A stretch of DNA of 64,000 bases from positions 82,119-146,118 of the forward strand of contig JAPLDX010000058.1 in the NCBI GenBank assembly GCA_026391215.1, in the 5' to 3' direction. The first letter of the stretch is position 1. Each line of letters starts with the position of its first letter. The notes beneath the pieces are model-generated. The model did no database searches and was not told the DNA's origin. It saw only the letters and a program-made list of their open reading frames with translations. The DNA comes from Bacteroidia bacterium (lineage in GTDB: Bacteria > Bacteroidota > Bacteroidia > Bacteroidales > VadinHA17). Below, in pieces: positions 27,678 to 38,037 of the stretch. A program made the position numbers and the translations under genes.

Positions 27678-29336
27678 TTAGAAATTTAATTCTACTCCAA
27701 CCCCTACAACTATTGTGCTTTTTGAATAGGTCTCCTTAGGCAGCATGTTTGTAGCCCCAAGAAAATGATTTACATTTTTCTCGTTCTCCAGATACATGGT
27801 GTAACTGGCTCCCAGGTTAATTCTTAGCATATCATTAAGTGAGAATGCTCCTCCGGCACCAAATGTATGTGTTGCATTTCCGAAAGTGAGATCACTCTGA
27901 TACAGACTATTAACGCCTAAATTGCCATAAACATAACCTGCGCTTACAAGCAGGTTATCAGAAATATTATACTCAAGTCCTACCTGGAGCGACATACCGT
28001 TACTCTCAATAATTTCGCTGTTGTCTACATGCACAGTTGGTGTCGCAGGATTCAGGTCATTATCAATTTTATGTCCGTAGTCAGCTGATTTGTCAAAGTA
28101 ATAATTCCCTCCCAGAGACAACTTAAGATTTGATAATCTGTAATCAGCACCAACTGCAAGCATAGCAGGCATATCGTTTCTTTTCTTTTCGTCCTGAATA
28201 AATATACCTCCTCCCATGGTAGGGCCCGCCAAAGATGTTGTAAGTTCCATTTTGGTCAGGAACTCATATTTAATTGCTATGTTCAGCGCTTCGATGGGTG
28301 AAATGTTAACGCTTATGATCGGTGAATAGCCCATACCTGTTTCTTCTGCATCCACTTCAATATCCTGGGTTGCACCTGCATATCCTGTCATTGTAGCGGC
28401 ACCTGTTGTAAATCCCGGTGCGGCACCAGCTAATATTGCCTGGGCTTGGGTAAGGGTAAGCCCAGCAGGATTTTGTCCAGCAGCTCCAATTATCTGTTGT
28501 ATTGTGGCTATAGCAGTTGCATCTAATCCGTAAGCAGCTAAAGCAGGATTTGTTAGCAGCATTGCACCTAAGCTATAAGTGGTAATAAGTGTTTGTAATC
28601 CTGCTGAATATCCAGTTGCTCCAGTTGCAAGCGCGGTCATAGTTGTTGCTCCGGAAGTGAAGAAATCGCTTGCATGAACCATTGAACCGGTATATGCGCC
28701 AAAGGCCGGATAATTCGGATTGATGCTTATATCTCTCAGGTACCCGTTATAGGTATTTTTGGCAGTAACAAGGCGGAAACCGGCTGCGACAGAAATCATA
28801 TCATTTATTTTGTATGATACATTTCCCTGGTACCCGAAGTAGATAGAAGAACCCTCAAAGAAGATTTTAGCATCATAGTCGGTTGTTCCAAATCCATTAG
28901 CAAATGTTAATGGAACAAGATCAGCAATGCTCATTTCAAATGATGGCAATCCGGTTTCATATGTTGCACCGCCGCCGCCGCCAACCGGATTAAATCCGAA
29001 AGAGATGGCGAGCTTGTCCATCTTATAAGCTGCAGCTACAGAGGGGAATAAAGGTGCTTTTACTGATCCTTTGTACAAACTCTCATGAAGATAGCTGTAG
29101 TCATTTGTAATTTCTCTTGTTTGAAAAATAGTCTGGTTTGAAATGCCAAAATGGAATCCGTTATCCATCTTCATTAACCCAGCCGGATTATAGTACACTG
29201 CATCAGATTCTATTGATGCATTTCTGGAAGGGAGCCGAACCCATGATGCGCTCTGGTTGGTATTCGTAACCAGCCCGCCGGCAAGAAGACTTCCTGTAAC
29301 TAGTGTTCCAGCAATTAAAGTCAGAAATTTTCTCAT
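27678..29336 (-). CDS. FadL/OmpP1-like outer membrane transporter
   Basis: Signal peptide, GGLVTNTNQS, AVYYNPAG, GGGGGATY..GLPSF, and C-terminal Phe. Confidence 0.85.
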   Translation of the reverse strand: MRKFLTLIAGTLVTGSLLAGGLVTNTNQSASWVRLPSRNASIESDAVYYNPAGLMKMDNGFHFGISNQTIFQTREITNDYSYLHESLYKGSVKAPLFPSVAAAYKMDKLAISFGFNPVGGGGGATYETGLPSFEMSIADLVPLTFANGFGTTDYDAKIFFEGSSIYFGYQGNVSYKINDMISVAAGFRLVTAKNTYNGYLRDISINPNYPAFGAYTGSMVHASDFFTSGATTMTALATGATGYSAGLQTLITTYSLGAMLLTNPALAAYGLDATAIATIQQIIGAAGQNPAGLTLTQAQAILAGAAPGFTTGAATMTGYAGATQDIEVDAEETGMGYSPIISVNISPIEALNIAIKYEFLTKMELTTSLAGPTMGGGIFIQDEKKRNDMPAMLAVGADYRLSNLKLSLGGNYYFDKSADYGHKIDNDLNPATPTVHVDNSEIIESNGMSLQVGLEYNISDNLLVSAGYVYGNLGVNSLYQSDLTFGNATHTFGAGGAFSLNDMLRINLGASYTMYLENEKNVNHFLGATNMLPKETYSKSTIVVGVGVELNF

Positions 29337-29525
29337 AAGTCAGTTTTTAAGTTTATAATTGAGATTCATTGCATTATGAATGCAAAAAAACCTCAGATCA
29401 ATACAAATCTAATGTCCAAAAGTATACAATTATTTGAATTATGCAATAAGTCTAAAATAGTATATTGATATTTAACTAATTGGAGGGGATTTTGAATACT
29501 ATTCGAAAAAATTGTGTTATGCAGG

Positions 29526-29580
29526 TCGTGCAATCGTGCTTTGGCAGCCGAAGCCTCGGCGAAGGCTGGCAATCGTGCAA
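29526..29580. repeat. Short palindromic REP-like unit CAGCCGAAGCCTCGGCGAAGGCTG flanked by GCAATCGTGC direct repeats
   Basis: Seen directly in the intergenic region. Confidence 0.65.
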
Positions 29581-29590
29581 GTCTTTAATA

Positions 29591-30181
29591 TTATGTAAGT
29601 TTCTCACTGTATATATCCCATTCATACCCCTTATTTTTAGGTATTATTTTAATGTGGTTATCTCCTCTGACCACGGTAGTAAGGGAAGGTATCTCACCTG
29701 AAATGACACATCCGGCGCCGATTGTCACTTCATCACCAATTTTTGTTCCGGGCAGTATAACACAGTTAGCACCAATCCAGACATTATTTCCGATTTCCAC
29801 ACCTTTTACAGGTCCGGTTTTCCGATGGTCGTACTTGTCATGATTTGTTGTTACAATAACCGTATTTGGAGAAATACCTACATTATCTCCCAATTTAAGA
29901 CCACCATATGCATTTATATAGATGCCAATATTATCACCCGGATCACACATGATCCCTTTATTAATAAATCTCCATCCCCGGATCTTGCTCCTGAAATCAA
30001 CAGGCCACGGAACCATACGGTTAAATCCGATTATTTTTTGCATGAAGAAATACTGCCACAATACCCGGTAATGTTTCATATAGCCAATCCTGGGGCGCCT
30101 GTACCGCGGATAAAAGAGCTTTACCAGCCATCTGAATAGTGTCTGATCAAGAAGAAATGCGAAACGCTTTAAAATACTCAT
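29591..30181 (-). CDS. Hexapeptide-repeat (LbH) O-acyltransferase
   Basis: LGDNVGISPN, IGNNVWIGANCVILPG.IGDEVTIGAG. Confidence 0.88.
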   Translation of the reverse strand: MSILKRFAFLLDQTLFRWLVKLFYPRYRRPRIGYMKHYRVLWQYFFMQKIIGFNRMVPWPVDFRSKIRGWRFINKGIMCDPGDNIGIYINAYGGLKLGDNVGISPNTVIVTTNHDKYDHRKTGPVKGVEIGNNVWIGANCVILPGTKIGDEVTIGAGCVISGEIPSLTTVVRGDNHIKIIPKNKGYEWDIYSEKLT

Positions 30182-30189
30182 CTTAAAAC

Positions 30190-30951
30190 TTAATATTCAA
30201 TTTTAAAATCTTTAAACATCAGGAATTGATCCTGTTTCGGTGCATAAGAAGGATCATCACCACCCATGAAACATGAAAACAACAAATGATCTGTTTTCAA
30301 GCTTTCCGTTTTGCGGAAGCAGACAGAATTAAGTGCTAAAGCATCAGTCCCGTTGACATTACAAAATACTTTTCCTTCTCCTGTTTCAGGATTGTTCATT
30401 TTAATTGTAAGTAAAATCTTATTCCAGCTTCCTGTATTTAGTGAAATATCTACTCCTTCATGTTTTAAAAATTCCTTGCTGCCAAATTTATCCTTCATTC
30501 CGACATGATACAGATATGCACATATCCTGCCATGCTCTTTAAACATAAATCTTACACTCCACCCATCATAACCATTTGGAACCAATCCGCCGGTATTACC
30601 GGTTCCACCGGCAAGTCCTGGCAATTTACCACCTTTGACAAAATCAAAGCCATCCTGAAAAAAAACTTTATATGACAAAGCAGCACTTTCAACTTGTTCT
30701 GGAAAAGGTATCTTCCAGTTGCACCCGGTAAAAGGACCTGTCTTACCTTTTGTAAGTATGACTTTTATAACATGCTCATTATCAAATAACGCGATTTCAA
30801 TATTTTCAGCTTTCGGCTGTATATTTAATTTCAATCTCTGTAATCGACCCACAAGGAAACGAGCATCATTTGTCCCAAACATCTTTTGCAAGGTCTTTTC
30901 ACTAATTAATCCAGGTTTACATGATGACATATTGCTTTTGAGCTGTATCAT
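30190..30951 (-). CDS. Polysaccharide lyase (PL14-like)
   Basis: LSYKVFF..GFDFVKGGKLPGLAGG, GWSVRFMF, AYLYH and FMGG. No signal peptide. Confidence 0.75.
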   Translation of the reverse strand: MIQLKSNMSSCKPGLISEKTLQKMFGTNDARFLVGRLQRLKLNIQPKAENIEIALFDNEHVIKVILTKGKTGPFTGCNWKIPFPEQVESAALSYKVFFQDGFDFVKGGKLPGLAGGTGNTGGLVPNGYDGWSVRFMFKEHGRICAYLYHVGMKDKFGSKEFLKHEGVDISLNTGSWNKILLTIKMNNPETGEGKVFCNVNGTDALALNSVCFRKTESLKTDHLLFSCFMGGDDPSYAPKQDQFLMFKDFKIEY

Positions 30952-30995
30952 GATAATCGGATTTTATTCTTTACCTGTAACCTGTAGCCTGTATC

Positions 30996-33900
30996 CTATA
31001 TTCCCTGCAATAAACTGAATTCTTCCATCAACCCGTAATCCAGCAACTGGTAATCCTTTCCTGCCGGATAGGATTTCACATTCCGGAAATGCCATGGACC
31101 GACAAGCCCGGGAGCCGGATTATTAAAGTGAGGACCAAGAAGATTTTTCAGGCTGCCAATAACTTTTACCTCGACTTTATTATCTCCCTGTTTTATAAAC
31201 TTCGTAATATCGTTTTGATAGGGAGGGAAAGCAATCACTCCTGCCGGCTCATTGTTAACAATAACCTCTGCAATGGTACCTTCCCAGTTATTAAGACTTA
31301 CCAGGTATTTACCTTTCAGCTCTTCAATCTTATAATCCTTGCTATAAGTCACACCCTGTGAATAGAACGGCATGCCCTGTTGCTTCCAGCTGCCGGCTGT
31401 CAATTTTTTAACATCTGGCTCAATTATCCATCCTTTATCAGCAGGTTTAACCGAGAAGTTCCCCAGGATATAGACAGGTTCAATTTCAGCATGGATCTTC
31501 ATCGGCGATACTTTCACTGAAACTGTATTATCTCCTTTTCGGACGAGCTTCTCAATATTGAAAACGCCAAGCTCCCTGTCGAGCCACCACTTGCCCTCTT
31601 CTGCTATTACCTCTGTACCGTTTACGGCAACACTCCACAAATAAGGTCTTTCAACAACTGCTTTCATACCTGTGAAATCGACACCGCTTTTAATATTGAA
31701 ATGATAAGTGGCTGTATATCCGGTATTTGCATCAAACTTATCCCGGTCAACAGTACGTGTTTTGAACTGCACCGAGGTGTTCCATGGATTACCGTTACTG
31801 AATCCGTAGGACTTATAAACCTTGTCAGCAGCATAAAAGGTATGAAGGTCCTTTGTGATCTCGTCACCGATCTGAAGATCACAGAACTCAACAGCCAGAA
31901 CGTTTTCATCATCCCGGATGACCGTCATGTCTGCAGAAGATATTGCATTGAAAGTTCCTTGTTTTTCCGGTATTTCAAAATTGGTTTTTTTCACATTTGG
32001 AATGTACAGAAGAAGGCTTCCGGCGGGGGGAAGATCAAATGAAAGATTAAGATTACCTTCTTCCGGTTTAACCGGATACCCGTTAATTGCACCGGTGATC
32101 GTATTCAGTTCAATTGCATCAGCTCCTTTTGCATTGAGAGATCCTGTCAGGGATTCATCAAGGCTTGAGTTGACCATAAAGATTATCTGTCCGTCAGAGA
32201 GAGTTCTGCAATGATGGTAAAGTTGTCCACCCTTTAGATCTGAGAAGCTTAAACCCTGGTTCGTAAAATATTTTGAAATTATTTCAGGATTCAGGCTGGT
32301 TTCAAAATGGATCTTTTCTTTATTCGATTCCAGGAATTTTTCCAGGATTTCATTTTGAGCACCGTCAATTAGGGAAGGCCGGGAGAAACAAACCAGTTTG
32401 CCTCCGCCTGCAACAAGTTTACTTATAAGCTTAAATGTTGCCTTATCAAGATTTTCTGTCATCGGGGGTATCACGACCGTTGAATAGCTCACCTGTCCGA
32501 CAATGAATTTTCCGCTCTTTACTGATCCCATATCTTTGATCATATTCTCTGATCCAAGATCATATTCCACCTGGTTCTTTTCAAGTTGTGTTACGAAGGC
32601 CTGAAAAGAGAGTCCGATCTCAGCATATTTTGGATTCCTGGTTGCATAAGAATCGTATAGCCAGGCAGATGTGGTCGGTTCAAGAATGAGAATATCATTT
32701 ATCTGTCTTCCAGCCGACAATGACATTGAGAGCCTGGCATAATGATCATTGATATATTTATAATCTTTCAGCCATGGTTCGTGATAATCGAATGTAGGAG
32801 GATAATCATATTTTCTTGCTCCTGCAAAGGAGAAATATGTAAGGTGCTGATTCATCAGGTTTACACCAAGAGCATATTCCCAGTCGCCGTTGCGTTTCAT
32901 ATCGGTAAAGGTGAGCTCCCAGCCGGAACCTCCGTATGTTTCGCTCATCTTTCTCTGCCTGCCGGTCTGGTTTGCAGCGCTTGCAAGCTCCTTTACTGAC
33001 CGTACATTGCCAAATTGTGCTCCGGTTGTAACATCATTAAACTGGTTGAACAGCATGTCAATTGCAGGCATCTGGAACCATGCATACATTGCCATATTGT
33101 CGCCTCCCGGACGCATATTGGGCCATTCATGCTCCCAGTAATGTCCTGTGAACTTCATCCCTTTCTCCTCACAATAAGAATAATATGGTTTAGCCCAGCG
33201 GTCAATAAACAATTGAAGAAGTGTCTGCGTATAATTGTGACGGACCTTTTTCCAGTCGCCCACCTCCTCATACAGAGAAGGAAGCTGAGTTCTGAGATCA
33301 TATCCCCATTTATCCTGGAATACATCGAACAGGTCAGGTGTCCAACGTATTCCACCCGATGAGTTAATCTGTGGCTCATCAGTAAAAACACCCGGTATAG
33401 TTTGTCCGAAATCAGCACCAGCGGATTTTTCATACCCGGTCATGGTCACTTCTAGAAACTTCTCAGTTACACCCGGATAGAGAAGGTCTACATAAGTGAA
33501 TCCACCGTACCAGTCACTTTTATTATCGTATGTTTTAGAAAATAGAAAGTAACTGCCATTTTTCCCTTTTTCACCTTCAAAAGATGATGTGATATTGAGG
33601 TAATTTCCATTTTCCTCTTTCAGACACAGATAATATTTGTCAGCAGTATCGGGCAGGATTTCAAATTTTGTCATCTTCAATCCCTGTCCCTGGTTATATG
33701 ATTCCGGCATCTGGTCGGGAACATGTCCTCCTGCAAAACCGCTGGGATAGGAGTTTTCGTCATAGATCCAGACTTTCATTCCCAGCTCTTTTCCCTTATC
33801 TACTGTATATTTGAAAAGGTCGAACCATTCTTCAGATAGATACTCCGTGATCAGTCCCGGCCGTGGATGGACAAAGACCTGGCTGCTCCCGGCATTTTTA

Positions 33901-34121
33901 AAATCATTCAGGAAATTATCTATCTCCTCCTTTGTGATCTTATAATTCCAGACAAAGAAGGGAGCAGTGGTATACTCGGCTGATGGCACTGTGAATTCTG
34001 CCGATAAAGAAGCAAAATCGTTGATCTTTACTTCGTTAACAACATTCTTCTTACAGGATGTAAGAGAGGCAATTGCAGCTGATAAGATAAGAATAGCTGA
34101 TTTGAATTTAATTGATTTCAT
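30996..34121 (-). CDS. GH106-like glycoside hydrolase lipoprotein (alpha-L-rhamnosidase family)
   Basis: Lipobox LTSC, APFFVWN, HPRPGL..YLSEEWF, WIYDENSYPSGFAGG, FTDEP and SETYGG. Confidence 0.8.
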   Translation of the reverse strand: MKSIKFKSAILILSAAIASLTSCKKNVVNEVKINDFASLSAEFTVPSAEYTTAPFFVWNYKITKEEIDNFLNDFKNAGSSQVFVHPRPGLITEYLSEEWFDLFKYTVDKGKELGMKVWIYDENSYPSGFAGGHVPDQMPESYNQGQGLKMTKFEILPDTADKYYLCLKEENGNYLNITSSFEGEKGKNGSYFLFSKTYDNKSDWYGGFTYVDLLYPGVTEKFLEVTMTGYEKSAGADFGQTIPGVFTDEPQINSSGGIRWTPDLFDVFQDKWGYDLRTQLPSLYEEVGDWKKVRHNYTQTLLQLFIDRWAKPYYSYCEEKGMKFTGHYWEHEWPNMRPGGDNMAMYAWFQMPAIDMLFNQFNDVTTGAQFGNVRSVKELASAANQTGRQRKMSETYGGSGWELTFTDMKRNGDWEYALGVNLMNQHLTYFSFAGARKYDYPPTFDYHEPWLKDYKYINDHYARLSMSLSAGRQINDILILEPTTSAWLYDSYATRNPKYAEIGLSFQAFVTQLEKNQVEYDLGSENMIKDMGSVKSGKFIVGQVSYSTVVIPPMTENLDKATFKLISKLVAGGGKLVCFSRPSLIDGAQNEILEKFLESNKEKIHFETSLNPEIISKYFTNQGLSFSDLKGGQLYHHCRTLSDGQIIFMVNSSLDESLTGSLNAKGADAIELNTITGAINGYPVKPEEGNLNLSFDLPPAGSLLLYIPNVKKTNFEIPEKQGTFNAISSADMTVIRDDENVLAVEFCDLQIGDEITKDLHTFYAADKVYKSYGFSNGNPWNTSVQFKTRTVDRDKFDANTGYTATYHFNIKSGVDFTGMKAVVERPYLWSVAVNGTEVIAEEGKWWLDRELGVFNIEKLVRKGDNTVSVKVSPMKIHAEIEPVYILGNFSVKPADKGWIIEPDVKKLTAGSWKQQGMPFYSQGVTYSKDYKIEELKGKYLVSLNNWEGTIAEVIVNNEPAGVIAFPPYQNDITKFIKQGDNKVEVKVIGSLKNLLGPHFNNPAPGLVGPWHFRNVKSYPAGKDYQLLDYGLMEEFSLLQGI

Positions 34122-34177
34122 AGGTTAAACTATTTTGAATTTATTAAGAATCAGGATTATGTGAATGTAAGAAAAAA

Positions 34178-35611
34178 TCAGCATACCCGGACGACTTCCA
34201 TATTAAGTAATTCGCCAAGCTTCTTGATTTTTGAGGCGATATGCCCGACACCTGCTGCGCAGTGATGAGCAGGGCCGTAGCTGTTCCAGGTGTTGACGAA
34301 ATTCTTTACTCCAATCGGAAATTTATAACGGCTATTGGTATTGCCTATCTCAAGGATCGGTCCGGGAACAGATTCTCCTTCGGCGACCAGCAGTATCAGC
34401 TTCCCGTCGGTTTTCTGGACAACAGAAAGAAGAGTGATGTCTCCGAGCTTCACCGACATCTCAACTGACAATCCTTTTCCCACTTTACCATGATAAACTT
34501 CGAGCGGTTTTACTTTCGTTTTTCCCTGTGCTATTGCAATATGTCCCGGGCCGTCATGTCCCATAAGAACAACATCATCTTTAAAATCAAGTGCATAAAA
34601 TTCTGTGAATGAGCCTCCTGCCCCAAAGCAATCCATTATCTTCATTGCATGGACATTCTTTATCTCATATTCACCGGCTACAGGAATCCCCCGTGATGTC
34701 AGAAGGGAATTGGCCAGTATGATTGAACTTATAGCATCTTCATTTTCTGTTATGCCTGTGCCACTGTAGAAATAAGCAAGGGACCCGAGATTATGGTTTT
34801 CAACAAGTTTATCAAGGGCGACGGAGGTCCGTGCGGCCTGTTTCATATCTGCAGGGGAACAACATTTGTCGATTATAAACTTGCTGTAGAAGAGTTTGAC
34901 GCGGGCATCAACTTCCTTTGTCGTAACCTTTTTCCTTAAGGCTGAAAGCTCATCTACCTCCACTATTTCGATATGTCCTCCGAATCCGGCCAGCAGTAAT
35001 GTGAGATCCGTATAGACATCAAGCATCCCTCCATAATAGTGTCCCATGCACCCAAGCCTGTTATGAGCCATCTTATTTGCCACGGATGCCGCTTCGATCC
35101 ATCCGCCCACTTCTTTCCATACTTCCTGATCACCATGAAGTACACCAGTGATCTGATGGAAAATTATTCCGGCTCTCAGAAAGACATTTGCGATTTCCGG
35201 CACAGGACAGGCGGATACATTTGCCAGCCATTCACCGGTCATTTTTGTCCTGTCATTCAGCTTGTTGAAGGTTTTATAATCGATAGCTTTTTCCGGTGCA
35301 AGATTTAAAATGATGACAGGGACCTTTACTCTCTGAACTACGGGAAGAACAGTTGATGATAGAGCATATGTTGTAACATATAGAAAAATAATATCAACAT
35401 CAGCCCGGCGGAATTTATGGCCAGCTTCAACAGCCTTTACAGGATTGTCGATAAGCCCCAGGTTAACTATTTCAGCATCAAATGAATGCATTTTTTTTTC
35501 CACTTCAGCTAAATATCCCTCAAGACGCTCTTTCAGTCCTTTGAACTGGGGCCAGTATGCATCGAGGCCTATGCCGAAAAGGCCGATCTTTAAATTGTAT
35601 GATTGTTTCAT
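34178..35611 (-). CDS. L-fucose/L-arabinose isomerase family protein
   Basis: YWPQF, CPVPE, GEYE, GGSFTE, MGHDGPGH and GPAHHCA. Confidence 0.85.
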   Translation of the reverse strand: MKQSYNLKIGLFGIGLDAYWPQFKGLKERLEGYLAEVEKKMHSFDAEIVNLGLIDNPVKAVEAGHKFRRADVDIIFLYVTTYALSSTVLPVVQRVKVPVIILNLAPEKAIDYKTFNKLNDRTKMTGEWLANVSACPVPEIANVFLRAGIIFHQITGVLHGDQEVWKEVGGWIEAASVANKMAHNRLGCMGHYYGGMLDVYTDLTLLLAGFGGHIEIVEVDELSALRKKVTTKEVDARVKLFYSKFIIDKCCSPADMKQAARTSVALDKLVENHNLGSLAYFYSGTGITENEDAISSIILANSLLTSRGIPVAGEYEIKNVHAMKIMDCFGAGGSFTEFYALDFKDDVVLMGHDGPGHIAIAQGKTKVKPLEVYHGKVGKGLSVEMSVKLGDITLLSVVQKTDGKLILLVAEGESVPGPILEIGNTNSRYKFPIGVKNFVNTWNSYGPAHHCAAGVGHIASKIKKLGELLNMEVVRVC

Positions 35612-35652
35612 AAGTATAGGAATAGCATGATGAAGATAGTCAATTTATTCAT

Positions 35653-35769
35653 ATGTACTCACCCCCCGGCCCCCTCTCTACTAAAGCAAAGAGGGGGAGG
35701 ACATTGGTTTACAACTATTTAGCCCCCTGCCTTGCTTCAGCAGGGAAGGGGGTTGGGGGAAGGGTACAT
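35653..35769. repeat. GC-rich cruciform REP/MITE-like element (copy 3)
   Basis: Ends ATGTACTCACCCCCC / GGGGGAAGGGTACAT; inner CCCCCTCT..AGAGGGGG and CCCCCT..AGGGGG stems. Confidence 0.82.
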
Positions 35770-35802
35770 GAATACTTAGAAGGAGACAGGAGTTTGAGGC
35801 AA

Positions 35803-38037
35803 TTAGAGTTTTCCTGAAAACCTCAGGCTATAGCTCCTCTGCGGCTGTATATCTCCCGGCCGACCAATGTACTCGGTGTTTGTAATATTCTTAACCGCAA
35901 GCGAAAGAGTAAACCTGTCATTCAGCTTGTATCCAAACGAACCATCAAGAAGAACATATCCTTTGTTATGACCTTCCCAATAAGCCGGGAATCCCGGCAG
36001 AATAGCTTCACCTGTTGTTTCATCGAGGAAGAAATCATCAATCCTCAGGATCTTTGACTTTACATACAGGTTCAATCCTGATTCTAACTTCTTCCATGAT
36101 GTGTTCAATGATATTTTCCCGGAATGCATCCGCCTGTATTTAAGATATTTGTCCTTATTCTCATTAGTGTATATGTTGAATTCCACAGGATATATAAATG
36201 TATATCCTCCTGATAATGTGGTATTTATTCGGCCGACAGTTCCTGTCAACATAAACTCTGTCTCACCTCCATATACTCTTGAATGTTCAATATTGTCAGC
36301 CTTAAAGCCTGTAAAGCCATCTATAGTCGCCAACTCGTATTCAATCATATTGGTGTTCTGCGACATAAAAAATGAGACATCAGCCTGACCGGTTATTTTT
36401 CCGAAGCTTATACCCTGCTTGATGCCTGCCTCCGTACTCCAGCCTGATTCGGGATAGATTGTAGGATTAGGGAATATCACCACTGATCCCAGGGTTGTGG
36501 ATGCATGTTTTTCAGCAACGGAAGGAAACCGGTATCCCTGTCCGAATGAAGCCCTGATGAAAGTAAAATCTGCTGCCTGCCAGTTGATCCCGGCTCTGAA
36601 CACGGGAACGATCTTATCCTTTATTCCGTCAAGTGAGTTTTGTTCCAGTCTGAAACCTGCTACTGCTTTCAGCTTTTTGACAGGACGGATTTCCAGTTGC
36701 GTATACCCTGCCACGTTAAGACCATCATGGTCGTTGTACATATTAGAAATAACCTTGCTGTAGTTCTCTGAAACACCTGCAGTGATGTCCATGAAGCCAG
36801 TCAGGTAGTACCAGAGCTGGTATTCTGCAAAAAGAGAATATGCGTCGCTGTTGGTCTTTTCACTTTCAGGGAAACGGTTTAATGATGTCTGGAACCGCAT
36901 CCGGAGATCGTGCTTATAGCGGTCGCTTTTTTTCAGGGTAATGTAAGGATCAAGCGCAAAGAACCATCCGTTAAGTTCAATTGTTGCAGATCCCTGCTGT
37001 TTCAGAGCTCCTGTTTCGGCATTCTCCCAGAGAACAAAATCCCTCTTGACCGTATAACCTGAGTTCATATTAAGGCCGTAGGAGAGCCCTTCGATCTTAC
37101 CATTGAAATGTTTTGCTTTTAAGCTGAGCCGTCCAAGCTTCTCTCCGTTCAGCCTTCTGTAACCTTCATCAATCAGAATATTAGCGCTCACCCCGAGATC
37201 AGTCTTCCCGAATTTCTGCAAATGGGAGAATGAGACATTTGAAAAGACCCTCGGTGTATCCCACCATACCCAGTTTTTGTTTCGTGGCTTCCCGAATATG
37301 CCTGTTTCTGCATAAAATTGTGTGACAGGGGTATTTGTAGCATCGGCTGTGCGGAAATTAATTATCCCGTTGAGGGCCGACGATCCGTATAAAACCGAAG
37401 AGGCTCCCTTGATAATTTCAACCTGTGACAGGTTTTCAAGGGGAAGGAACTGCCATTTAATATTCCCGGCATCGGCTGAAACCATAGGGAGTCCGTCAAT
37501 CAGGGCAAGCACCCTGCTGCCAGCGCCATAACTGAATCCGCTGCCTCCCCTTACTGATGCCTGCCCATCCATCACCTCAATCCCCGGAGTCTTGTTTATA
37601 AGCTCCTGCGCATCAGTTATGTGGTTTTCTTCAATAAATGCAGTTTTGATAATATCCATTGATACTGTCAGCTCAGCGATCTTCTGTTCATTTTTATTTG
37701 CGCTGATAACTATCTGATCTATTTCCCGGACCTTCATCTCAAGTGCCACATTCATTTCAACGGTATCATTCTCTATGACAATGACTTCCTCAGAAACAGA
37801 GCTGTATCCGATAAACTGAAATGATAGATTAAGTTTCCCGGAGGATGTTTTGACAAGGTATAAACCTTCCTGGTCAGTTGTCGTACCCAGGTTCCTGCCA
37901 TAAATAACATAAACACCTGCCAGAGGCTCTCCAGTATTTTTGTCTAAGACTTTTCCCCTGACAATTCCGTTAATGTCAGCTGCATTTAATAGAATTCCGG
38001 AAAAAAGCAGTGCAGCAGTGAGGAGGTATCGCATCAC
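35803..38037 (-). CDS. TonB-dependent receptor (non-SusC) with an N-terminal carboxypeptidase-regulatory-like domain
   Basis: GKVLDKNTGEPL, plug VRGGSG..LIDG, IEIIKGASSVLYGSSALNGIIN and VKNITN. Confidence 0.92.
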   Translation of the reverse strand: MMRYLLTAALLFSGILLNAADINGIVRGKVLDKNTGEPLAGVYVIYGRNLGTTTDQEGLYLVKTSSGKLNLSFQFIGYSSVSEEVIVIENDTVEMNVALEMKVREIDQIVISANKNEQKIAELTVSMDIIKTAFIEENHITDAQELINKTPGIEVMDGQASVRGGSGFSYGAGSRVLALIDGLPMVSADAGNIKWQFLPLENLSQVEIIKGASSVLYGSSALNGIINFRTADATNTPVTQFYAETGIFGKPRNKNWVWWDTPRVFSNVSFSHLQKFGKTDLGVSANILIDEGYRRLNGEKLGRLSLKAKHFNGKIEGLSYGLNMNSGYTVKRDFVLWENAETGALKQQGSATIELNGWFFALDPYITLKKSDRYKHDLRMRFQTSLNRFPESEKTNSDAYSLFAEYQLWYYLTGFMDITAGVSENYSKVISNMYNDHDGLNVAGYTQLEIRPVKKLKAVAGFRLEQNSLDGIKDKIVPVFRAGINWQAADFTFIRASFGQGYRFPSVAEKHASTTLGSVVIFPNPTIYPESGWSTEAGIKQGISFGKITGQADVSFFMSQNTNMIEYELATIDGFTGFKADNIEHSRVYGGETEFMLTGTVGRINTTLSGGYTFIYPVEFNIYTNENKDKYLKYRRMHSGKISLNTSWKKLESGLNLYVKSKILRIDDFFLDETTGEAILPGFPAYWEGHNKGYVLLDGSFGYKLNDRFTLSLAVKNITNTEYIGRPGDIQPQRSYSLRFSGKL

